A stretch of DNA of 64,000 nucleotides from positions 26,204,758 to 26,268,757 of the forward strand of contig CM119263.1 in assembly GCA_051294375.1 (NCBI GenBank). The letters run 5' to 3'. How positions within the stretch are numbered: position 1 is the stretch's first letter; each line of letters begins with the position of its first letter. The DNA comes from Paraspadella gotoi. Taxonomy: Eukaryota; Animalia; Chaetognatha. Made by a program: the position numbers and the translations under genes. Under the pieces are notes generated by a model. The model was not told the origin of the DNA, ran no database searches, and worked only from the letters and a program-made list of their open reading frames with translations. Positions 1 through 13,400 of this stretch are shown in pieces.

Positions 1-1283
1 TTAGTTTAAAACATATTATATTGATTGCTGAATTATAATTATTTTTTTTTAACATTATTTTTTTATTTAAAAGTAAAAACTAATTTATTAAAATTCAACA
101 GAAACACAAGACACAAACGTTTAAATAGACTCATGAATAAATTATTATGAACTAATTCATATTTTTTTATAATGGACTCATAAATAAAATGTTATGAACT
201 AATTCATAAGAAACTATAAAATATAACGTTCATTAATTTTTTTTTAATAATAAACAGTAACAGTGTAAAAGACTGGAAAACTAAACTATGTATTGAAATT
301 CAATAAAAACAAAAGACACTAACGTTTAAAAGACTGGAAAACAAGTAAAAACTAAACTACATATTGAAATTCAATAAAAACAAAAGACACTAGCGTTTAA
401 AATCATTAATAAAGAAGAAAGAAGAAAGAAGAAAGAAGAAAAAAGAAAAAAAAAAAAAATATATATGAATTTAAAGAAATAAGAAAGGCAAAAATATGTT
501 ACAATTGTTTAGCAATTGGAAATTTTTTTCCAATTTTTTCCAATCGCAGCTGTTGAAAAGATTTATTTTTATTTGTATTACAAATTAAGATATAGCTTCT
601 CATTAAAAAGATATTGTGAGTTCCCATTTTTATATAATTTTTAAAAAAATAATTTTTTGAATTTCCATCTTCAAATATTATATACTGCAATATGTAAATT
701 AGATTAAAGCATTTATCTATTACTAATTTGGATGTTATAATGAGACTTTAATCTCATTTGCATATTGCAGTAAATCATAATGAAGTGGAAATTCAAACAA
801 AAAAATACTTAAATCCAAAATGTAATATGAAAATATCACAGCTATTATTTTCAAGATGAAAAGCCATATCTTACATTTTTAAGTTACTATGAATCGCACC
901 ACTTTTGTAAAACTTTATCATATTCATAATAATTTTTATTTTTAAAAAACGGTTAAGTTACAGCCAAACCTAATAAAAGGTAGTAGTTTTTATATAAAAA
1001 ACAGCGTGACGCGGACGACGACAGAGGACGACGGCCGACCGACGACGACTACGTCACAAAGAAGCAAACCTAAAACATTATAAGCCGAACCGGCTTCGCC
1101 GGTCATGGCTCGATAAAAAGTGAGTTTAAAAATCAGGGACGATTTTCAAATCCATCTTCCAGCTATCGTTGCTGAGGCATATCAATATCGATTCTGATAA
1201 AATTTTCATATATAAATAGTTTGGGTTTTTAATTTAATATTGAAAAAATCTTCATGGGTTTGCAAATGACTAAGTTTTTTTAC

Positions 1284-1424
1284 CGGCGCTTGTAAAATTG
1301 TCACCATGTACATTAAAATAATTACTGATGTTTTCTCTTTCTGATATAGGTTTTATTTTCCTCTTGCTTTTACAATACGCTGCGCAACATTGGTTGCTCT
1401 GCGCCGGTTTAAAGCTTAAAACCA
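1284..1424 (-). CDS. Candidate downstream exon of the NIDO gene (Cys-containing, AMOP/vWD-boundary-like)
   Basis: tag acceptor, gtaaaa donor, 141 bp, phase 1/1, open frame VLSFKPAQSNQCCAAYCKSKRKIKP...NYFNVHGDNFTSA. Its link to the upstream exons is inferred. Confidence 0.35.
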
Positions 1425-2544
1425 CTATTAATTATGTTAATGTTCCCTTGCATTATGTTATATTTGAAAGATATGTTGTTACCTCGCGTAGGGTCATTCT
1501 TTTTTAGTCATTCGAGTTGACCTTACCTGACCTTATCTTTTCACCGTTCTTGTCGCTTTCTTGTGGCTTTCTTTCGGCCGAAAACCTCGTCACTTGTTAT
1601 TCGATCAGAATCATTTTTAAAGAAAAGATCGTTTTTACGGATTCCAAGGACTTATTACAAACATTTATTCGACATTTCATTCATTTGCCATGGATTTATG
1701 TCTACGAAAATATAAATAATTCACGATTTATTCTACATTTTTCAACGTTTTCTTCACGCTTCGAGATTTAGTAAGATACTACGAAATCCTTGCTCCTTGT
1801 CAAAATCTGTTCATCATCGGCCCACACCTCGAACGCGCGACTCGCAGGCATAGAAAATACAAAAAATTTTCTACAATATTAATAAGAAGGCTATTAAGAA
1901 TAGAAATCACTACTATTCTAAGTCGTGAAAACTTGCGCTCAAGCTCGAGTCGATTAGGGCCTTTAACCTTAATTAATAAAAGCAATCATAAGATGATGTA
2001 AAAATTTTTTTTTCTTAAGTTTATACTGTAGTGGCCACTCTGATTGAGTGCCATCTCTGTGAGCTTGTGAAATGTAGTTGGGACACTATGAATAAAATAT
2101 TAAGTAAATTGCTTAATGCAATCTACTGCAGCATCAGATTAAAGATAAATACTTTCTTATATTTTTGCTATGGGAAAAAATCCATTGCTGCATTCTACTA
2201 TTATGTTCTTAGATTCCATTTCTTGACATGTATAAAGAGCCAATACTCTTGGGGTTATTATGCATTAGGCATTATTGTATACAGCTGCAGCAACATTTTA
2301 ATTTTTGACCGAATGATTTTCGGGCTTGAAAATATCCACATCTAATTCCCTTAAACGACGCTTAGTAGGGCGTTTTAAAGGGGGAGACCCATATGACTTT
2401 CACCAAAATATTCAATGGCATAGGGTAAACCGTCTTACTGAGGCTGTGGCTCAATCTTCAGCTGTGATTCTTTTGGGTGCTGTGGCAGGAGGGGTTTTTG
2501 TAGCAGTGCTTGTGCGGCATTGCATTAATAGTTTAGAACAAGGT

Positions 2545-2752
2545 ATGGTGGACTAAAATCCACCAACCGTTATCAAGCGGCCATTTGGTGCCGGAGGCAC
2601 GTCATTCGCCTTCCAAACCCAAGGTCTGGGGTTTTATCCCGGTGGTTCGTCTGGCAGTTAAGAGGGACGGGGCGCTTAGCCTGTAATCGGTGGTTAGCAG
2701 CCTGATCCGAAGCTCAGGGACTGCTTATATTGAACGGTTCTATCACTAACAC
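2545..2752 (+). mobile_element. tRNA(Gly)-like-containing interspersed repeat (SINE or LTR-like)
   Basis: gccttccaa anticodon-like segment and a degenerate B box. Inverted copy at about 28123-28281; fragment at 15398-15437. Confidence 0.5.
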
Positions 2753-3767
2753 ATTAATAATTACTGTCTCTTCAAAGGTTTGGTTAAGTATCTTCAATTA
2801 AATTTTTTTCTTTAAATGCAGTCGATGTGTCACAAAATAAAAAAAAGATGAAGTGATACGGATTTTCTTAGTTTTGAATCACTATCCTAAAGGAAAGTTT
2901 GATTTGGAGTGTGACAACGATTGGTTTTTATTAATATCAAATCAAACTTTCCTTTACTTACTTCAAACAACGAAAAAGAAAGGATTGATATCACAAAGAA
3001 TCATTATCCTGTACATTTAAAAAAAATTCAGATAGCTTATGAAAAGTTATCTACACAAAGTATAATACTTTTTTCAATATTTTTATAATAAGTGGGCCAA
3101 AATTGGAAAAACCCTTAAAAAATCATTATCATTTTAGCAGTATTTGCTAATTTTCAGTAATAAAACATCAAAATTTTAAAAAGTTGTAATTACATTTTTT
3201 ACTTAATTTTTTGAGCAATTAAAAAACTTAAAATATCTAAAAAAAATTTTTGACATTATATAGCAATATAATAATTTTAATTAACGAAATACTCATGGTT
3301 CGGAACATTTTTGCAAAAAAATATTTTAACACAATAACTAATATGTACCAATAATGGATTTGTTCCCATTAAAATTTGAATTTGGTTGGCTACCGCTAAC
3401 AATAGGACTCAAAAAAAAATTTCATGACTTGTGATTGTTTACCACGTTAATGAAAATTGTATTCAAATTGGTTACTGAGCAATTAAACTTCTTTTAAGGT
3501 CGGTGACCGTGGATCTCCTTGTAAGTTATTGTAAGTAATTGTAAGTAATTTATTAATGCTTATTCAATATTCATTCTCTCTCTCTCTCTAAAGCCGCGAG
3601 TAATTAATATTGTCTATTGTCTCTTTCTTGCGCGCCGTCTCCTTTTTCTCTCTATTTCTCTTTCTCCCTCAATCCTGTCCAGTGTCCAGAGCCGGCAAGA
3701 AGGGGAGAAAACGTCGCTTCAGGCGACAGAAGAGAGAAAAAAAGGAAAGAAAAGAAGAAAAAAACAA

Positions 3768-4731
3768 GTTTGAGCAAACAATGTCGGATCTGCCCACGAT
3801 CATTAGCGGTAATTAATTAATTAATTATTTAATACAAACTATATAAACTAAATTAATAGTTTAATTAATAAATTCATGGTGTCATCCTTTCTTTCGTTGT
3901 TTTGGAGAGATTACCAAAGTTTTTAATTTTGTACAACAATTTTATTTAATAAGATGCAGACATGTTTCGGCTCACAAAATTTGAGCCTTCTTCAAATAAA
4001 ATCGTTGTACAAAATTACAAACTTTGCTAATTAATAAATTAAATAATTTGATCTGAAATGTTTGTTTTTAGGTCTTTTCGTCACTGATTCCGACAAAAAC
4101 GACGACGATGATGGCGATAACGACAATAAAGCCGATAAAGTTTGACTTGATTGATTGATTAATTGATTAATTAATTAAATAAAGAGATTGAGTAATGACC
4201 GATTAATTAATTATTTATTAATTTATTAATTAACTGATTAATTATTTGATGAATAAATACATCTTGCATTTATATTTAATATAAAAAGAAAAAAGCATAA
4301 TCGATTAGTGAAACAGATTTTTTCCCATTTAAATTCATTTCCACTCAGTCTATTCCATTGAAACTTTATTTCCAGCTTAATCACACATTCCTACCCACAT
4401 ACAAATTTCAAGTTAATTGCCCCCGTCCATATGTGAAATATATTTTTCTGTTTTTTCTATTTAAACTCATTTCCACTCGCACAATTCCATCGAAACTTTA
4501 TATCCACTCAATCACACACTTCCCTACCCACACACAAAAATTCATTCCAATCCAATCACGAGTAATTGGAGTTTTTTTCTAAGATGGGACGGACGGATAG
4601 ACGGACGGACATCGTTTGCATAATTTATCATAATTCGATATTCTGACATGATATAATGTGGTTGCCTGACAATATTGAGGGGGCAGAAAGACGGACCGAC
4701 AAAAGTGAATTATAGAGTCGGGATCTGCTGA
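3768..4731 (-). mobile_element. DINE-1/HINE-like (Helentron-associated) non-autonomous element
   Basis: Conserved core gcagattccgactctataattcac..cagaacatcgaattatgataaattatg, (GTCY)n tract, internal repeats and terminal gcagatccgacattgtttg. Same family as 39830-40362 and 57165-58090; fragments at 9776-9898, 11750-11812, 28680-28915 and 29940-30000. Confidence 0.65.
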
Positions 4732-4871
4732 AAGAAATAAGAAGAAAGAAGAAGAAAAAAAAAGAAGGGAAGAAAAAGAGGGGGAAAAATGAAGACAATG
4801 AATTTGATATAATTTTTTCATAACAAGAACGGTAATTCAAATGTGTTGCGCCGCTGAGACTGCCTTATCAC

Positions 4872-5064
4872 GTGTATTTCTTGTGACATGATATAACATG
4901 ACATGACATGACATGACGAAGTGACATGACTACCATAACTTTCTTTGCCCGTGTATTTATGACAAGCACTGCATCGGAATTTTGTCATAAATACACGGAC
5001 TAAGAAAGTTATTGCAGTCATAAAGTCATGTCATGTCACGTCATGTCATGTCATGAGAAATACA
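4872..5064. mobile_element. Palindromic MITE-like element with (CATGA)n arms
   Basis: GTGTATTTCT..AGAAATACAC ends and acatg/catgt arrays; related pieces at 42595-42660 and 57070-57155. Confidence 0.5.
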
Positions 5065-6090
5065 CTGTACAGCCTGTAATGGTTAAAATTTAGAGCCTTA
5101 TTTTTTCTATTGAGGAGGTTTAACTAATTCAGACCCCCCGTTCAGTCTATAAAACAGGCACAATGATTGTGATATAATAATATAATAATAATAATATAAT
5201 AATATAATAACCTCCTGAACCACCGCGGGCACGCCCACGAGGTCGCCCGCGTCGCGCTTCAGTAGCGGCTCCAACCGTCGTCAACGATGAAGTCGCACCG
5301 CCTCCGGAAACGGAAGCGGCGCCTCTCGCGTCTTCCATGACGCCCCAAGTTGCTCGTCGACAATCATCATCCATTCCCGATCTGTTTAACGTCCTTCCGA
5401 CAATGCTTCAACCGCCGGAAGAAGACGACGAAAACGACGACGCAGCTCAATAACTTCTCTCAAGCCTTCTCCCCACCCGGTCAAAGGCTTGGTGGGGGGA
5501 TGTGTGGACGAACATATAGAACATGCAACCTCGGTCAAACCACTTGACCTTAACAACCTGACCCCGCTCGTTTCCCCCAGTTTATTTGTGGTCAAAACTT
5601 TGACCTTTGTAAATACCATTGTAATAGACTTAGCATCTGAGCATTTTGACTGTTATTGTTTATAACCTTGTTGAAGAATAAATCATTCTTGATCTGAAAC
5701 TTGTGTCGTCCATAGTATCTCTATTACCGCTCATGGTTAAAAATAAGCGCTAAATCTCATCTAGTCAGAAGGTTTAACAAATTTACATCCCTCGCTCAGA
5801 CTAGAGGAGAGGCACAATGATTGTGATTTAAAAAAAAGTTTCAGTAAAACATCAATGCCTGGAGGCAGAAGTTTGAGCACTGGAGAAATTTCCAGGCAAA
5901 AAGTCGGTAAACTAAAAACTAAAATTATGGAGAGCGGTGGGGAGGGGGGCGTCCGGGGGGCCATTGGAGGGGCCCCCCATTACTCTCGCCGCCGCTGATC
6001 CTGTCCCTTTCTTTTACTTTCTTTCTTTCTCTCAAATCCTTCAATTTGTATTTCACTCGGTCATCACAAATCGAATCTGCTTCTGCTTAC

Positions 6091-9000
6091 CTATAAAATC
6101 TAAGCCACATGGACATTTGCTAAAATTGAAAACGCTTTCCATTTTTTTTACATCGAGTTTCCCTTGAATTTGGACCCAATGCGCCACTAGCGACGCGGAA
6201 GAGGGTGTTTCGGTATCGAATAGAGGTTTCGTCAAAAGTCCTATGCTGCAGAACCTTCCTGAAAACCAAAATTACATATTTTTAAAGCATTTAAAATAAG
6301 AATTTTTACGATTAACTGCAAAAACTTGTTAGAGGGTGCATGTTGTGGATATGTTTTTGCCAAAATTTTAATTTTCTTTTAATATGAATAAATTATTAGA
6401 TACATAGATTCAGGTATTTCTAGTATTTCTTGTTAAATAATTTTAAGTTTGTTTAATCTATTATAACCGATGATAACAATTTCAGTAATGCTAACACTAA
6501 TTTTCTCTATCCCTTACCCCAATCGAAAAAAGCAAGATACAATACGTACAAATGTACTTCAGATTAAGTAGAATATTCACGTCACCTGTGCATTCATTGA
6601 GAACGATGTTTGTCCTTGGAATGTTAAATGTATTTCTTTTTCTTTCCAAAACGTAACTATAAATATATTTGAAAACTGATTTTCAGAAAAGAAAAAAAAA
6701 GTTTTAATATTTTAAACTGTACAAAAATTCACAATTATACAGTGAACAAATATTTTAAATTTCATAGCCTCGATTTGACAAGATCTTACCCTGAATTTAT
6801 ATTTGTGTCTGGAACATCTAGATAAAGGAAAGAGCTCTGACTGTGGGATCCATTAGATGCAAGTATCATTTCGAAGGAGACGCACTGTGACAATGGACAA
6901 ATCATTTTTTTTTTTTCGTTTTAAAATTAACCATGAGTACTAAACGAAATAATAATTTTGCTAAAAATTCTGTTAAAATTTATTTATAGTTCTTTTCTAT
7001 CTAATATTGTTTTTACTTTGCTATCTTTATGAGGTGAGTATATTGTAACAAATATTCTAGGAAAACAACGAAATTTTCGAATGGTAACAACAAATGATTT
7101 TATTGTTTCGACCAAAACTGGTTCTCAACAGACAAGAGGTATTAGAGGCAATTTACATCAAAGCCCTCGAGCCCTCTTTGAACCGTCATGGAGGACGATT
7201 CGAACTCCTTCCAAGATACGATTCGCTTATTAAAGATGTGGTAGAGCACCCACCACCGCCTCAGCCCCACAGTGATTCCCCCTGTCCCCACTCAAAGGGT
7301 CAGGCGGAGGCCTTTCAGCAGGCAATGGGCGTCGCCCTCGATCGCAACAACTTGGTGCGACTCTTCTCGCGCCCAGCGTCGCCCAAAACGATGGCTGCAG
7401 GAGGAGGGAGAGGAGTCTGTATTCCCTGTCACTAAACAGGTCGGAACAGGCAATCGCCCGCATCACCGGCAGGTGAGAGGAGGGCCCTCGGCAGGCTTAT
7501 CTGGTCATAGAGATATTCGAGTATATAGAGTATATATATATAGAGTATAATTCGAGTGGCACTGGGCAGTGGGCATCTTCCCAAGTGGTTCCTTTCTAAC
7601 TCCACCACAATATCCTCTCAGCCCATGACAAGCCCATGGCCCGACCACATCGTTAACGTCTTGCATTTGCCCGGCCGGGGGGGGCAGCTCATTTTCACTT
7701 ACTTATCTTATCTATGCCTCATCACTTATTCTTCCATTTCAATTTCCCTATTAATTTTAATTTTAATTTTGACTTTACTTTCACTGACATCAGCTAAACA
7801 TTAAATTAAATTCAACTATGTTATCTTTAGTTTTTCAATATTTATCATTGTTGTACATTGCCAAAATGTAATGATTTCTCTCTCTCTCTCTCTCTTTTTT
7901 TCACCATTTCAAATTTATTCTCTCTCTTTTCCTGTCCTTACCTTCACCTCTCCTCACATCTGACCACTATCCTTTTCTCAAATCTTTGTTGGAAACTCTC
8001 TTTCTCTCTCTCTCTCTCTGTCTCGCTCTCACAAACTTATTGAAAAATTTGAAGACTTATTGATTCAAATCCTGATGAAGACTCGAATCTTAAGAGTCAT
8101 GTCCGATTTTAAAAACAATAAAATCATTTGTTGTTACCATTAGAAAATTTCGTTCTTTTTCTAATACTACACAAACAACAAAAAGAAAGTTTTAACACAA
8201 TGTCAACAAATATTCTTTAAACATCACCTTATCAGGATTTTGTCTATTAGAGTCACTGGGTGACACCAAGTTCTCCCAGCTGAACACAAAGGCATTCTGC
8301 ACTTTAAATTTGTTGCCAAATCTCTCGTCTAGATTCGGTTGAATTTGTGAAATTGTATTCGCATTGAAAGTAAATATCTTGAGTTGTGACTTCTGACCAT
8401 TGCAAGTAGCGACAGCTTTTGATTTATCACAATCCAAAAAAAACGGCGCGACAAGTTGGGCCCTTTTCGGCACATTTTTTATTTTAACTGCCGAGTCAAT
8501 ATTAGGATTCTGAGGAGGAAGGGTTGCTTTAATTTACTTAAAAATGTCACCTGTACATCGGATGTTGTTTGGTTTTTGTTAATTCTAAATACCATTATGT
8601 ATTTATATTTAACAAAAACATTGCTCTAAAACGATTTGGGGCTTATAATTTTTAAATTTAAGAAATTTTATTCTACTTACATCAAACGTAATGAAACCAT
8701 TGCAATTCATTTCAATACTTTTCACAAGTTCGTCGAACACAGGGACTCTGCCAACGGTATCCAAGAAACCCTGATTAAAAGAGAATCAGAATATATTTCT
8801 CGAACTATAAAAAAGTTTAATCAAAAATCAAAAATCAAAAAGTAGTAAAAAATATCTGATATTATGGCAACGGGAGGATAGCCTGTGATACCCGGGGCGC
8901 GGGGTATCTCACTAACTGGCGTAGGGGCTTCGGACCCTCAGTGACCGCCTCCTGTCACTGGCATGTTTATACCGGCACCGTCACATTTAAGCCAGAACCG

Positions 9001-10374
9001 GGATACCGGGGATTGAACCCGGGACGCACGGATGGAATGAGATGATTTAGCCTGCTCAGCCATTGAGACGAGGCTGAGGACGGACAGCAGTGAGGCAGCT
9101 TTAAGTCTTGCTGCCACAGGATCCCCCCACCAGACTTCTCCACAGGAGCCTCAATCCTGAGGAGATGTCTGAGAGAAGGTTTTGATCTCATTGCCATAGT
9201 GAGAGCAAGCGGCCGAGCGAGCGAGTCTGGAGCGTTACCAGAGAAGTAGGGCATAGGCGTGATATGCATACCCTAACCGACGTAAGCGTGGGCGCACGGT
9301 CGCAGCGGTTGCGTGTTCGATAGTAGGGCTCACCACTTATGGCAACGGGAGGATAGCCTGTGATACCCGGGGCGCGGGGTATCTCACCAACTGGCGTAGG
9401 GGCTTCGGACCCTCAGTGACCGCCTCCTGTCACTGGCATGTTTATACCGGCACCGTCACATTTAAGCCAGAACCGGGATACCGGGGATTGAACCCGGGAC
9501 GCACGGATGGAATGAGATGATTTAGCCTGCTCAGCCATGAGCAGTGAGGCAGCTTTAAGTCTTGCTGCCACAATATATAATTTTTAAACGATTAACTCAT
9601 GCTAAAACAGAGTGACATTTTCAGACAGACAGGGACGAACATTTTTTTTCATAATCTATCATAATTTAAGGTTTTGAGATGTTTCAAGACTCAAGAGATT
9701 TATCGATAAGATTGTAGGGATAGACCGACTGTACTTCATCCTTCGATTTTCTTCCTCTCTTCTTTCTATTCTATTAGTCGGGTCTGCTTATCGCTGATTC
9801 CGACTCTATAATTCACTTTGTCGGTCTGTCGGTCCTACCCAAAAATCTTGTCGTAAGACACTTAGAAATCAGAACATCGAATTATGATAAATTATGCATT
9901 TGTTTGTGCATAAGAAGAGAGAGAGAGAGAGAGAGAGAGAGACTTTTAGTTCTCTCAAAAAAATTCCTTTTCTCTTTCTATTACTAAATCGATTTTCAAT
10001 ACAACTTTTTGAATTAGTTCATTGGGTTGTTGCACTGAAGCTTTTAACTATTTAATAATATATAACAAATAACAAATTTTTTTTTGAAAAATTTTTTTTT
10101 TTAAGAACGGATTCCTATATAGCTTAAAAAAAGCCTTTCATTTGTTCATAACCAAGGGGGGCCAGCTCATTTTTGAGCTCTTTCCTATTACTTGAAATTT
10201 CCCTTTTCCTAATTACTTAGCTATCCCTCACTAACAATAAATATTTCACATTTCTGAACTTCTATTTCATTTCACTAATTTATTACTGTAGCTAATTGTT
10301 GATATTATTCATTATTAAAGTTTACCAAATTTTAACATTGTTGTACATTTCATAATGTAATATATTTTCAGGCA

Positions 10375-10432
<58 letters not shown>

Positions 10433-13400
10433 CAATTTCTTTTCACAAACTATCTCTGTCCTCACCTTCACCTGTCCCTAATAAAAAACTGAACACTATC
10501 CTTTCTCTCAAACTCTGTGTTGGAAACTTTGCTCTGTCTCTCTCTCTCTCTTTCTTTATGCACAAAATTCTCTTCAAATTCACAAATTGAATTGGCGCTG
10601 AAGAAGACTCGTATGTGAGTCGAAACATGTCCGTTTCACTATGAAATAAAAATCGTTGTTAAATCTCTCTTCAAACTTTGTTCTAAAGCTTAAAAAGTTA
10701 AATAAAGGTTAGTACTACAATTTTTTTTAAATTTTGACAATAAATTGGTTAAAAATAGATCATTATCATTAGCTGAATTTCATGGTTTTTTAAAACTGTC
10801 ATCAATAAAACAAAAAAAATTGAAAAAAATTGTATTAATAACCTTTATCTAATTTTTAAAGCTCTATCAGAATTTATTAAAAAAAATTAAAATAATTTTT
10901 TCACTTTATATAGTAATAAAATAATCTTTAAATGCTTCCGTGCGCTAATTAATAAGATAAATTTAAAAATTTTTAAAAATTTTTATTATCTTTAACAGTC
11001 ACTTAACCATTATTTATTTGAGAGAACTTCTAGTTTTCAACCTGTTCCTGCCTATATTATATATAATTATATATATGTAGTCGGGCATTGCCAAGGTTCA
11101 CCCCGCCTATAAGCATGATTCACCACATATATATTTGAGCAATGTACAACAATGATAAATGTTTTAAACTGATTAATGGTGTATTTTAACAATTAACTAA
11201 TAATAAATTAAGTGAAGAGAGAATGTGAAAAATGAACTTTTATATTTTACATATGATTAGGGATAGGTAAGTTAAAGGAGGGTGAAATTTAAGAAGTGAA
11301 GATTGGGAAGTAAGGCATAGTGAAAGTTGCAGATCAAAATTTGAATAGTTAATCATGAACAGTCTTGGACTAAAGAACATTGATATATAAAAAAAAAATT
11401 TAAAAATTTATCAATTTTTGCATATGCCCATATTTATACCATAGAAAATGTTAAAATTTTAAAATATTTTTTTTTTAGTTTTAAAAGCAGATTCGAATTC
11501 TTCATAAAAAGCTTATATTTTCTTTTATAAGTCTTAAACAAAAAATATTTCATTAAGTTTTGATTCTACTTGATTTTAATATTTTTTCTACGCTTTATTG
11601 GGATGATCGGGGAAAAAACGATCTTGAATTGACATTTTTTATCAAGAATTTATTTTAAAAATAATTTTGCTGGAAAGATCACCACTATACTAAGAATTTT
11701 TGATTTTATGATATGATCTGTTGTAAATTTGTAATATCATAACTTATTATCTGGTTAGCTGCTTATCGCTAAATTATCGTAAGCAGATCCGACATTGCTT
11801 GCTCACACTTGTTTCTTTTCACCTGAATGCGAATTCCGTTTGGCTGTTGGGCCTGATTGACGTTTCGCTTGCGCCTGCCTCCCGACCCCAGTTGGATCGA
11901 GCAACAGGTGCTATCGGAGCCACATGAGACGTAACCCCGATTGTTTTGGTTACCGTTCGAAACCGATGAACAGGAAATGTTGTTTGTTTGCGACACCGAT
12001 TTTACTGAAAAATAAAAATGATTTTTATTCCTTGGCTCACCACAGCGAATCGCTTAAAATATTAATCTTAGTGTATTGGCCTCTGCTTACAATCCTCGCA
12101 TTCAGATAAAAAACTAGTTTTTCCAGTATTGTTCAGTTACTATTAACAAAATAAATTTAAATTGCCCCATAATATTAAATTAGGCCAAAATACGGATTAG
12201 TTTAAAACCATCTCCAGCTATTTCTAATCATATAAGAGTAACATTTTTGCAACTTTAGGGAAAAAAATCATGTCCATTTTTGTCCATTTTCACTTTCGTC
12301 TTCAAATTTGAATGCCAAGGAAAGTTGAGAAAATTTTTTATTTTGGAATTCCTTTCTCCTTATCTTCTTCACCCCTGAGTAAAATATTTTCCTTATATCA
12401 TTCATAGTTCACTTATGAATTAATTTTAAAGTTGACAAGTCAAAAAGTCGCAGTTTTAGTTTTTATTATAATTTATTAAACAAAAATAGTTTAAATTGGC
12501 TTAAACTAACAGAAAAATAAGCCCACAGAATAAGCTTTTAACACCTACAAAATTATCAAAAAAACTCATTTCGTTTAGCCATAGATAATTTTTAAAGACG
12601 ACAATTAATTTGTGACTTTTTGTGACTTGCATTTATTTTTAATAAAGATAAGATTTTAAATTTATTTTATAGTTTTAACAGTTGAGGAACATACTGACGT
12701 TAATAAAACAAAAAAAACCGCATCGTTTTAAACCAATGGAAAGCGTCAGGACTTGTTTTTTCTCAGAATCGGACAGATTTGCGGAAATATTTTCCGCAAA
12801 ATCTGTCGATTTACTAAATTTGCCAGGCAACCCAAATTGAAAGAAAAATCATGAGATACCGTAAATTTCTTTCTTATAATGGATATTAAGAAATTTCTTT
12901 GATTTGGCTCAATGTAAATGCAGAAAAGTAGTGGAGGGAACAGGAAAGGGGAGAACAAGAAAAGGAGAAGGGGAGAATGAGAGAGAAAGGGGAAAAGCAT
13001 AAAAAAGAAGGCAAAGGAGAAAAAAAAATAAGGAGATAAAGAAAGGCGGAAAAAGAAAGGAAAAATGGAAAGAAAAGAGGGGAAAAGAGGGGAAAAGAAA
13101 GAGAAGGAGAGAAGGCGATAAAAAAGGATAAGGAAAGGTCAAATAGTGGCAGAGAAAGGTAGGGTCATAGAAAGGTAAGTTACGGCTGTGAAAAGTAGGG
13201 AGGAAAGAGGAAGATAAAAATAGAAACACAGAGAAGAAAAGAGATGAAGAAGAGAAATAAGGGAAACGGTATGAAAGAAAAAAAAATGTATCAGATAATG
13301 TGGCATCTTGTCTGAAAAGTTTTGTGTAATTAAAAAGCCACAAAAATTAAAAAGAGGAATTTGATCTTTAAAAGTTGTTGGTACCATAAAAATTCATTCA

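Noticed and set aside
1500-3530. Further exons of the NIDO gene, or plus-strand ORFs 2031-2556
   Set aside because: Some coding-like stretches are present, but I could not build a phase-consistent path or recognise a domain.
8551-8584. Micro-exon between NIDO exons
   Set aside because: Its phase is incompatible, and the flanking exons join directly in frame.
8995-9070. tRNA gene
   Set aside because: Only the A/B boxes and T-arm are good, the acceptor and anticodon stems do not pair convincingly, and it lies within an LTR.
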